Assembly: GCF_024521635.1 (NCBI RefSeq)
Contig: NW_026250414.1
Coordinates: 124,001-188,000, forward strand
DNA: 64,000 nt
Direction of reading: 5' to 3'
Origin: Tricharina praecox
Taxonomy: Eukaryota
The notes under the pieces are model-generated. The model saw nothing but the letters and a program-made list of their open reading frames with translations. It did no database searches and was not told the origin of the DNA. Below are positions 24,882 to 35,675 of this stretch, piece after piece; within the stretch, counting starts at the first letter, position 1, and each line of letters starts with the position of its first letter. The translations under genes and the position numbers were made by a program.

Positions 24882-24985
24882 GGGGATCTGGTTTAGTGGT
24901 ATAACGTCTCATTTGCATTGCCGTTTCTTCACCAAAAGAGCGGCGCGATTTGAGAAGGTCTAGGGTTCGATTCCCTAGTTCTCCA
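24882..24985 (+). tRNA. tRNA-Ala(TGC) with a 32-nt intron (24918-24949)
   Basis: Mature sequence identical to the copy at 19265-19354; followed by a T5 tract. Confidence 0.95.
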
Positions 24986-26397
24986 TACCTTTTATCCCAG
25001 CCCGGAACAGTGAGTGCTCCTTGTTACTCTGTTGGCAGGGTGGACTAGTGAAAGAAGGAGCTTGGAAGTGTTCGGACACTGGTGCCTGGAAGGAAAATAG
25101 CCGAGGGCCTGTGAAAACAGTGATGATAATAACCCTTGTCTGGAATTCTTCCCACTGGCCCGGACACGGTTAATTTTGTTAGAGCAAAGCAAATCTCGGA
25201 TACGTCGTTCGAAATTCTCGTATATATGTTGGAGCTCGCATCATCGACAAGAGTTCCATACGGTATCGATCCCGTTGCCAAGTTCCAACATACAGTTTTC
25301 GGCTAGGTGGGCATTCTTGACGGCGAAACACCCATGCCCGCCACCGCCAGCGGCCATAATGAATAATTTGTCGACCGGCCCATTTCTTGTGGAAACGGCT
25401 TCGAGGGGGGTGTCGCATACCTACTCAGATGCACATTGATTTTCTTGCCATTTGGCAATTTTCTTGAGAGTCGTTTGACCGCTTTTCCTCCTGAGACCTC
25501 CAGCGGCCGCTTCCGGTGGATTTCGGCCCCCAGTGTCCACTGTCTGGATACCTACCTAATGTACTTGCTTGTGCGTATTCTTGCTTACGAGTATTCAGCC
25601 TGTGGAGAGGCTTATGTACGCCGCCCAGTGGTGGGGGTTCAGCATAGGCATAAGGTATGTACGGTAGGTACCTGCTTATGTCTCGGCCGGTGAGGAACAG
25701 CCTCCCCCGTACCGAACAGCAGTGCGGTGGGGGGGATGAAGTCTGGCCGAGCAGTGACCGGTCTCCTCCCTCAAGCCAGTACGAACCACTCCCCATGGTT
25801 CGCATTCTCTATCAGCGGCGTATGCATCTTCCGTATCTTCCGTATCTTCCATATCCTCCGTTTCCTCCGTTTCCTCCGTTTCCGGTGGCGACGTTGAAAC
25901 CGCTACATAATCCCGGCCGCCTGCCCGCCGGCATGTACGGTAGAGTACTCTACACAACCCCGGACTTCCCCGGATCCATCATCGCCCCCGGGCCCCAACC
26001 CGCATCCCGCTAGTGCCACTGCTCTGCCGCACCACGGAAATTCCAGGATCAGCACTAGAGTAGTTAACTAAACCCCAAGTATCTAACGCTTTTTCGAGTC
26101 TCGATCACAAACCTCCTAATTCCCGCATCGGGGCTTTATCCGGCGCTGGACGGGGCATGCTCTACTATCTATACTATAGAGTCTACACATTCGTGGGAGT
26201 GGGTACGTACGCCGGCCGCCGCACGGATACATAAATCCCCAATGCCCCCTCGCCCCGCGCGGCGAGCGCCCATCACTACCACCACTCACCACGACCACCA
26301 CGACCACCGCGCACTCACCACCACCCTCACCCTCACCCTCACCTTCACCCTCACCTCTTCCACCCCCCCCCTCACCACCCAACACACACAAACAGCA

Positions 26398-26613
26398 ATG
26401 CCCCCCCGCCGCCGCACCCTAACCCTCTCAACCTCGGCGCGGCAGGCGCGCATAGAGCTGATCCAGCGGTGCACGGACGACGCGCAGCTTCGCGGGATGT
26501 TCGAGAGCTCGTACGACCTGTACGAGCGCAACCGCAAAATGTTTCCCGCCGAGGAGCGGTACGGAACGTTTCGTGGGTGGTTGGTTGGGATTTATGCTGC
26601 CCCGCAGTCGTGA
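26398..26613 (+). CDS. Small hypothetical protein, 71 aa
   Basis: cagcaATG context after a C/A-rich leader; coding-like GC3 and non-repetitive sequence MPPRRRTLTLSTSARQARIELIQRCTDDAQLRGMFESSYDLYERNRKMFPAEERYGTFRGWLVGIYAAPQS. Confidence 0.5.
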   Translation: MPPRRRTLTLSTSARQARIELIQRCTDDAQLRGMFESSYDLYERNRKMFPAEERYGTFRGWLVGIYAAPQS

Positions 26614-27760
26614 GGGCCTGGGGAGGGAGGGGGAGGGGGGAGGGGAGGGGGGAGGGGTGAAAGGGGTGGGGTGGGGTGGAGGTGGAGGAAGACAGGAGGA
26701 ATTTTGGGAGGCGAGTTCTGTGGATGGTGGATGGTGGATCAGGGGGGGTGGGGGCGGGGAGCTACTTACGCGGCGATACGATAATGGGGGTGGAGGTGGT
26801 GGAGATGATGGAGGTGGAGATGATGTGTACGATATATGCCGCCTGAGCTCGGGCTCGCGGAAGAATGGCTCCCTGTTCTGCTGTGCAGACGGTGAGAAGA
26901 AGATTACGGAAAATAATCCATCTATTAGCAGCACGGCACGATATTTGCGAGTGATATCGCGTGCTTCAATCTGTGCACTGGAGGAATGCGGAAAGGCAAA
27001 CCGCGGTTGATACAGTACAGCTGCGAGCTGCATACGAGGATAGGCACCACTGAATAGTAGAGAGAGAGATATCTTCAGTTTATTTCGCATGCAGTCTATC
27101 TAGACTGTGGCAAAAACACTGTGTGGTAGGGTTGGAAAGTGGCTTGCCAAATAATGCGCGACGCGAGTGATGGGAACCGGATGGCAGCCGGTGCACGGCA
27201 CACAGTCTAGTCTCGGCACCACTCCAATGCGGTACAACAATCTTCTAGACCGACTTTCGGCGACGGAAGAAGTGTAGTAATCCCGCCTAGACCAAAGCCG
27301 GGGTGGGCGGATCGGGGTTTTCTGTTTTCTTTTTTTTGTTTCATAATTCTTCATACCATATTCGACCTGATCCGGCCAGAATGGAACAGCCTTTTTTTTT
27401 GTTCACTCATTGATCGGGCAGGACAGCCGGGACGCTCTCAGCGAATGGCGAATGATATTTGATGTTTTTTTTTTGACTTTAGAAGGTATTCTCATGTATG
27501 TAGCATGTGCAGACTTTTGATATCAATTCCTAATTCACCACTGCCGCCCACCAGTCCACAGCACCGAGACTTGTATATCCCACAGCCCTCCATCTACCAG
27601 GTAAAAACATAGGTATTGCACTTACCCACCGCACCAAACAAACAGAACGTATTGTACATAACCCCCATCAAACAACCCACAAACGCAAACTCAACGCCGA
27701 ACCCGCAGCCGTAAAACACAATCCATTCACCCAATCCCCCACCTAATCCCCCACCAGCAC

Positions 27761-29302
27761 CTACGCCATCTCAGCCACCATCGTCTCCGCCGCAGGCGCG
27801 GCCTTAGTCCCAACGGCCTCCTCTAGCAGCCCGGCGACGCCGACGACCCTCTCGACCCTCCCCCCGAGGGCCTTAACCAGCTCCCTCCTGGTATCTCTCG
27901 CAAACTCCTTCCCAAAGACAGCGACATTGACTTCCTGGGACGTATACCAACTCGCTCTGTCACCGTTCGCACTGCCAAGCACCGTGATCTCCGCGTCGAA
28001 AATCATGGCCTTGACGTGGCTCTGCACTGCGTCCTCGGCGGGGTGGGCCGGTGGCGACCGGCTCGTCGATGCGCCCGTGTAGTACCATATCCCCAGCAGG
28101 CCTTTGGATACGCGTTGCTGCCGCGCGACGTAGCCGCGCCCCGCGCGCAGGGATTCGTCAGCCTTGATGAGGGAGCGCATGCACCCCTCGGTTGTGGCGG
28201 TGCCCGCCGTCGTCACTAGCTGCTCGATGAACATCATGCCCCGGCACGTGACGATGTCGATGTTTACGCCGCGGGCGAGAGCGGCCTCGAGCGCGTGCAG
28301 GAGCGGTTGGGATGTTAGGTTCGGGGTGTGTAAGTAGACGTTGGTGGTGGCGCAGTTCAGGGCGTGGAGGAGGAAGGTGTTTTGAGGGGTGCTGGGTGGG
28401 AGTGGCGGTGGAGCGCTGGGGAAGCAGAGGGCTTTTAGGGGGAGCGAAGGGCGGAACGAGGGGTTTCGGTGGTGTGGATGTGGGAGGAAGATGGTTGGGT
28501 AGGTTTTTGATGTTGGTGGAGGGGGATCGGGGGAGTCTGCTGGTGGTGGGAGCGCGAGTACGTTCGAGCCCGCCCAGATCTGCTGCCAGAATTGCGTGAA
28601 TGCGGTAACGATGGGGCCGGTGAGTGTTGTGCACTGTTCCAGCCATGTTTCCCAGCTGATATTGGCCGAGGGCAGAAACAACGTGTGGCCGTCGACGATG
28701 CAAAATTTGCTGTGGAGCACACTGAACGGAAGGAAGAATATGCTCTTCACGCTCATATCCAGTCCCAGCAACTCCTCTGGCCCAGGCAATCCCATGGTGG
28801 CCCACGTACTTGGCAGATGCGTTTTCCCTTGTGGAGAGCTGGTGTGGAATAACTTCTGTGCGGCGGACGAAGACGAGAAGCCGATTCTCACCACTACCTT
28901 CCTCCCCGCGATATTCGCCAAGGCCCGGTGCGAGAGGTCCCGCAGCGCCTCGGCCAGCACCTCGCGGCTTTGCGATTCGGCCCAGAAGCATGTACTGAAG
29001 AGAACAGAGTGTTTTGCGTTAGCTATAGCGGCGGCGATGGTCTTCGTGACCGTGAGCCCCGTGCCAACGTGGAAAGCGGTTGGTGTGCTCATCGTGAGCA
29101 GATCTGCGGGTGGAAGGACAGTCTCTGACAGGTTGTCGCATGCCACCAGCGTCGACAGGAAACCAGTGATGATCTCGCGGTGGTGCTCGGTCAGCCCGAG
29201 GTTGTGCGAGGACAGTGCCGAGATGTATTTGTCCATCACCACGGACACGATGGAGGATGTGCGAGTTTTCGGCCGCATCATGGGATGACGCAGGGGGTCC
29301 AT
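27761..29302 (-). CDS. Phospholipase D/nuclease superfamily protein with two HKD motifs, intronless (start codon uncertain)
   Basis: HSKFCIVD...LPSANI and HVKAMIFD...LGSANGD...EVNV motifs in a long ORF. The frame is open further upstream, to 29482. Confidence 0.85.
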   Translation of the reverse strand: MDPLRHPMMRPKTRTSSIVSVVMDKYISALSSHNLGLTEHHREIITGFLSTLVACDNLSETVLPPADLLTMSTPTAFHVGTGLTVTKTIAAAIANAKHSVLFSTCFWAESQSREVLAEALRDLSHRALANIAGRKVVVRIGFSSSSAAQKLFHTSSPQGKTHLPSTWATMGLPGPEELLGLDMSVKSIFFLPFSVLHSKFCIVDGHTLFLPSANISWETWLEQCTTLTGPIVTAFTQFWQQIWAGSNVLALPPPADSPDPPPPTSKTYPTIFLPHPHHRNPSFRPSLPLKALCFPSAPPPLPPSTPQNTFLLHALNCATTNVYLHTPNLTSQPLLHALEAALARGVNIDIVTCRGMMFIEQLVTTAGTATTEGCMRSLIKADESLRAGRGYVARQQRVSKGLLGIWYYTGASTSRSPPAHPAEDAVQSHVKAMIFDAEITVLGSANGDRASWYTSQEVNVAVFGKEFARDTRRELVKALGGRVERVVGVAGLLEEAVGTKAAPAAETMVAEMA

Positions 29303-31664
29303 CGGATTCAGCGTATGCGTATACGTGTACGTTCGCAGCTGCGCGGGCGTGATGGGGATGTTAAAGACCAGCGATGCGATGAAGGCGAGAGTTTTCAGCA
29401 GCTCTGCGTGCTCGCTTCGAGCCCAAAGTGGCGAGACCAACTGCACTCGCCGGAACGGCCGGTCAGCTACATGCGCATGCACTATATCTTGCGAAGTTCC
29501 ACAACCTCGAATCTAGGTATGTAGGACTCACAACAGCGGAGGTGACAATGGCCGTTGAGATGCGTTGCATGGAATGCGCTGATATGGGCCCACGGTTCCC
29601 TGGGCCAGGCACAGGTTTGGCTAGGCCACGTCAGGAAACTGGCCTTCCCTTCGACGTCGATGGTGAAATTGTAGCGACCGACGGGTGGAGTGATCTTTGC
29701 GTTCGTTCCTGCCTTGCTCGCTTCGGGGTGCCTGGGGACACGTGAAGTGAATTGGCGAGAACGGACCCGGGACAGGGCAGGGGGACGGAGTGACTTGACG
29801 AGGACGAATCCGGGCAGGGGGACGTGACGTCGCCATGATCCTAGCCCTTAGTCTTGGTTGGCGTGCCGGACCGTTGGCGCTCGGGTATCTCCGCGGGTGA
29901 CACGCCATGTTGGCGCGGAGATCCACCACCGCAGTACCGCACCGCAGCGCACCGCTTCGTCGCTGCCGCCGCCGTTTCGATCGTTATGCTTTTTCTGACA
30001 GCCCCGAAGATCGAGCTAAATCACCCGTCAAACCCCGTAAGAATGCCCCGTGGAAGCGTCGTGGAACAGAAAATATTTTCCTGTGGCGTGGCAGCATGCA
30101 AACGCTCAGGGGCACGCCTATTTCCAGAAACCAGGTTACCACCGTTTCGAGTTCCGGTGGATTCGTATCCAGCATCCCACGGACGTAGGGTTCCCCCAGG
30201 AATGAACTGAGCGAAAATGAGCATCAAGGAGTCGATCATACCAGGAAGCCCTATACACCAAGCGCGAGTAGTATATGCTAGCAAGAGTGAAGAGGTGAAT
30301 CACCCTACCGTATCACTCCTCCTCGCCTCATCCCCCATTCAAATGTAAACCCAATCCTAATCCCGAACCACCATCACCGAGAATTTATCACGCCTCTCAG
30401 CTCTGTAGCTGAAGCTTGATCCCAGAGCAGAGAGCAGAGAGCAGAGTATACGAAACCACACTCAGCGTCTGTGTCATTATCCGCCGTGAACACCGTTTCC
30501 CGAAGGCTGACATTAGTCCATTGGTGGAAAGCTGCAGAGGCAAGCTCCCCGCCGGGGCTGCTTTAGTCTTCGGGGGCTCGGAAGATCTATCCAGCCGACA
30601 CTTCCGTGGATCCCACCTGCCTATGTTTTTAGGCCAGCACCTTACGGGTTGCTTTTGGATTAGTCGGCACTTTCGAATAAGTTACGATACCGTACAATGC
30701 TAGGGTAAGTAATCCCAGGGGGCGTGGGGTTCAGGTTGGTTCTCGGTGAGGCGACCACTCGTACCGTGGAAAGGCTGTGGGCCAAGAGGACAAGGGATTT
30801 TGAGGCGTGATGCTCGATGGAGTGCCCGCGTTGGAACACCTTGTGGCCAGATACCCCAACAATCTCGAAACGAAATCTGCATGACAACCAAAGAACCAAG
30901 TCGGCGATACCGAAGTACCCCTCGAAGTACATTCATCCCTGGCCTCAAAAGTAAGATATAACTTCCAAGCCTGCTTGGAATCACGCATGCGGATTCAGGC
31001 GCATACACAGGGTATCACTCGAGTTTCCAACGCAACCCAGAACCGCAAGAGCCAACTTATGCGCCAGAATCAATTGAGTGATATAAGAGTGAGTTACGTA
31101 CAAAGCCATGGTCTTTTATCTTCCAAGCCCCACACTCAAGCACCAGCCACAATCACTCCTCGCCGCGATCGATTCATAGATCTAGGTCGATACTGTGGGC
31201 CTCATGACGCCAGACCCGATTCTGTCGGCCCCAACAATGAGATGTTGCTGGATACATACTTTTTATGTTCGTCTGGTCGGTTGGTCAACACACACACAAC
31301 CATCATAGACCTTATCACCCCTCATTCATCATTGCTTTTCATCTTTGCGTTCATCACCTGAACAACACGGGTGGCTCTTTTCTTTCATTGTCGTTTCTCT
31401 CTCTAGTAAAATACGATCGGTCTCCTATGTATCTTCTTTTTAAAGTTGTCTAAGGGTCATCTCGTCCCCAGTGCTTCAATCCATACCCACCATACCTATT
31501 CCATCAAAAACAACCAGCCCAAATCTTCTTCCCAGCTTTCTCTCTTTTCAAGCCGGCCCTCTTTCACCCTTTCCAAGCCCGCCCTCGACCCCTCACTCAT
31601 CCCACCCCCCCTCCACCAAACCCCAACCCTTTACCAGACCCATTGAAGCCACACAACAAAAGAA

Positions 31665-31754
31665 TGGAGGACTTGGGAATCGAACCCAAGACCTTCTCAA
31701 GTCACGATCTATCAAAGATGCGAATGAGACGTTATACCCCTAAACCAGACCCCC
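31665..31754 (-). tRNA. tRNA-Ala(CGC) with an 18-nt intron
   Basis: Mature sequence identical to the copy at 18778-18859; intron tctttgatagatcgtgac. Confidence 0.95.
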
Positions 31755-32682
31755 ATAGATGGCTAGTTTGTATGGCATTGGTTTGAAACCTAATTAAAGC
31801 AGAATTGACGAGCAGTGAGTATTAGGCGGGTAAGGCGGGTGATAGCGCACGCATGCACGTAAGCCGGTCTCCATGGTGAAAGGCGGCTGGGCTGGTCGGT
31901 AGGTGGATTCCAGGTGGTTTTCAGGTGGTGTTGTGTGGGTATGGGTGCTGGGTGTGGTTTTGGGTTGGTCGGAACTCGGAAGTGTAGACGAAGCATATGA
32001 TGGTTTGTTCATGGGATGTGATTCGCTTTGTCCGTTCGCCTCGTAGATATTAGAAAACTACAACCGTCGTCTCTAGTTTGACTTCCCCCCAAGTACTGTA
32101 ATGGGTAGGATTGAAGGCGGACGACAAGGGTGGAAGAAAACGAGTAGTGGAAGGAAATGGGGGTGGAAGGAACAAGAGGATGAGAAATGTAGGTAGGTAA
32201 CTTGCGTTTGTTATTGCACCTTTCCATCCGGGAGAGTGATGGCAGAACCCATTAAGGGCGGAGTTAACCGATGCCGTTCATCGTGAATACCACTCACACA
32301 GTTTGGTTTACGTCTGATGGTCAAGACCAATAGCCCTTCGAGGCAACAACCATGATCCTCGTAGTTACCAGGAGTGTCGTGAATATCAATATTTGTACTT
32401 GACATCAGTTTCCTCATTCACTGCATGCAGCCACCCTACTTCACTTACGGGTGATGTAGGTGACTATAAGAGTTCAAAAGTTCCAAGAGTTGGAGTTGAC
32501 AGGCCATGATTAAGAATACACACGGCTATGACCATTTTAATGATAGTGCCAGCCCCCTCGCCCCCCCTCGCCCTGCAGTACGCATTCTCCAACCCCCCCG
32601 CTTACAAAAGACCAAACCAAGGTATCATCATCACATCACATCGTATCATATCAATCACTCCCCTTCGCCCTCACTATCACCG

Positions 32683-33834
32683 TCACTGCGCGGTCATATG
32701 CGTCGCCATCCAGGCGCCAAACGCGGTCGGATTCCTGGTCTGGATGAAGACGGTTCCCGGGCCCGTAAACCTACACACCAGGCCCTCAGCAGACGCCATG
32801 CCCGAGAGCACGCCTCCACTGGCGATACGCTCGATGGTGTACTTCGAGTTCCACGCGACGAGGTGCTCGTTGTCGACGATGTACTGTTCTCCTGGTGCCA
32901 TCTATTTATCGTCAGTAATGGGCGAGTGGGGGGGAGGAGGCGCGGGGCGCGGGACTGACATTTTTCTGGATGATTGCGCCGAGCGAGGTGACGAATAGGA
33001 CTCCCTGCCCGAAGATCTTGTAGACGAACAGCCCCTCGCCCGAGAACATGGCCTTGCCCAGTCCCTGAGTCTTGTAGTCCTTCTGTACGCCCTGGGTGCA
33101 TGCCAGAAACGCGTCACGGCCCACATTCCACGTCTGCTGGCCGTCGAGTCTGATCGGAACGATATCGCCCAGCGCCGCTGGGGCGAGCAGCAGCTCTCCC
33201 GGGCCAGTGTAGGTCGACTGCGCGAAATCACCCCCGGCGATGAGCTTTTTGAACGAGAATTTCACCTGGCCCTTGAGCGTGACTGAGGGCGACATGGCCA
33301 CCATCGCGCCGGGCTTGGCCTGGATGGGACATCCGTGGGCGAGCTGGAGTGTGAGAAGCGTGTTGGTGTCTCGGTGGTCGATGCGGTAGCTGCCGCCGTT
33401 AAAGCTGCCGATTGTGTCCGTGACCGTGTTGTTTCCCTGCGCGGGCGTCTGTTGCGGTGCTGGTGGAGGAATGGCGGAGTGCGAGGGGTCAAAGGCGGTT
33501 TTCGTAATCGACGGAGGGTGGGAGATCGGTGCGGCGCCTGTGTTGGGGGGCGGAGGATACTGGCCTTGCTGCGGCTGTGGAGGTGGCGGGTATTGGCCCT
33601 GTTGGGGGGACTGTGGCTGCTGAGGTGGGGGAGGATAGTAGCCTTGCTGTGGCTGCTGATGGACTGGCGTGCCAGGCGGCGGTGGGTATTGCTGTTGCTG
33701 CTGGCCGTATTGCGCCTTTTCGGGGGGTGCTAGATGAAGCTGTCAGCTACATGCGTGGGCGGGGAGCTTCCGGGTAGCTCACGGGGGTAGTAGTTTCCTT
33801 GCGGAGGTGGGGGGGATCCGGCGAAGCCCGACAT
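32683..33834 (-). CDS. AIM24/DUF124-family protein with a P/Q/Y-rich N-terminus, ~346 aa
   Basis: [17 protein letters not shown]...[10 protein letters not shown]...MFSGEGLF...[11 protein letters not shown]...[19 protein letters not shown]. Introns at 33730-33782 and 32902-32959, plus a probable 5'-UTR intron at 33869-34028. Confidence 0.85.
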
Positions 33835-35675
33835 CTTGCGATTGTATTAAAGCGATTGTTCCGTGGAGCTGCCCATTGGTTAGCAAGTGGTCGATACCTT
33901 CACTTCACGTCGCTGCACGCCCATCCCAAGCCATGCGTAGCCAAGTAGCGGCTGCGTTCATGGACAGGCTGCGAAGCAACTACCCCGCATAACTAACAGG
34001 GATGTGTGGGTGGAATGGGGAAACTTACAGAAAGATGTGTGTTGCAACGAGAAGCTGGGAGACGTTTATCTTAAACGGATGGAATCGCGGCTTGGTGAAG
34101 TAGGGGATTTATGTGAGAGATGAGGAGAAGTGAGGAGGAGGCGGAGGAAGAGGAGGGGGGGAGCAGGATGGCTCATATTATAGCTGTGCGACGTGACACA
34201 GCGGCTGAAAGTCCGGGTGTGGTATTTTTGGGTACTGGCCTAACTGATGGCTTTGGCGTCAACGTAACTCGTCTGCGGATGGTTGCATAGCCCAGCGCCT
34301 CACGAAACAACGGTTGTTGAAGCAGGAAGGTGGTGAAAATTAGTCGTATGTGCAAGGCGAGTGATGACATATGCCGCATTGCATTAGATTTAAATTCCTC
34401 AACCGATCTGACGAGAGATACATAGCGCAGTCCCAATATCTGGCGATAGTATGCGCATGCAGAATTCGATAGTTACTATCACTCAGGCCGTCGCTACTTA
34501 GTGTCCGTTCCGATATGGCTTCGATTTGACGAGTTGCCAGCATTTACCGCACTTTGCCACCACTTGCACTCAAAACTAAAGTTTTAACGAGATAGAAACC
34601 GTTAGATATCAACGAAGGGTTTTGAGCACATAAATTTTTCGGCACTTCAGGTTGGAGCTGATTTTTGTCCGGTGGTCTATGTAGGTGTTGTAATCTCATT
34701 GGGCCGAGAAAGCAGTATTGAAGATGACATGGAAAGATCGGATTTTGTTGTTTAATCATTGATTGCATACGACTTGGTATCTAGATCATGGCAATATACA
34801 CCCATATATACAATGTATACACTCCGTTTCCACTCCCACTTCCCAATCCGATTTTCATCGAGCGGCCCGATGTGGCTTCTCTGGCCTTTCCCGACGATAT
34901 ACCTTCTTCGCCAGCCCGGGCTGAGTCCGGTACTGGTATCCGTCCGTCTGGCAACCTCAGTAGCGACAACTTCAAGTAAGAAAGTCCAAGGCTGCCGGTC
35001 TAACTACGTGACCGTACCTCTCGCCCGCAAAGCGATCATCCACGCACTTACGAGCCCTCCCCGCCGAAACTTTTGCCCACAGGATCTTCAGCTGGCTTTT
35101 GCATCCGCAGCAGAACTTAAGTCTTGATTCTTGACTCGGAGGTGCTCCCGCCAGACCTGGGTTTTGTACTACCTAGAAGTGGCATCATCAGGCATCCGCC
35201 GCGGGCGTCTGCGCGGCTCTTTCTCCTACTGAATGTGTGTATACCGGTGAGGCAGTGCCGCAGTGCCCTGTCTTCAGCTGATCTGTAGAACCTTTTACCT
35301 TCAGGCCCGACGCATGCCCAGACGCTTGGCGTGTTATGGTCGGGATCGGGTCCGCATTCTGCCTTTTTCAGGGCAGTGGGGGGCGTCCGTCCGTCATCTG
35401 CATGTCATGTCAGCAGAGCTGACGAGTGATACTGCGTGCGGTTGCATTTCTTCGCCGATGCTTTGTCGTTTCAACATTCAAGAACTCGACGCGGTGATAG
35501 CTTGTAATAGGTGGCCACTATTTTGGAACGCAGTCAATTTCTACGGTCCAGACTCCAGAGACTCCAGCCTCTAGACGATAGTGATACTCGGAGATACGTC
35601 CAACGAAAAAAAAGTTTTTGATTCCTCCCGTCTTAATTAACCCACTACCGCATTTACAACCCACAATCCACCGCA

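Noticed and set aside
19265-24985. Functional link between the 2-thiouridylase and the flanking tRNA-Ala(TGC) genes
   Set aside because: MnmA/Mtu1 acts on mitochondrial Lys/Glu/Gln tRNAs, not cytosolic Ala tRNA; adjacency is probably coincidental.
18778-31754. Genomic island or Starship-like element bounded by two same-orientation tRNA-Ala(CGC) copies
   Set aside because: Both copies are complete genes with different introns, no recombinase or transposase is present, and the interval contains a housekeeping mitochondrial gene.
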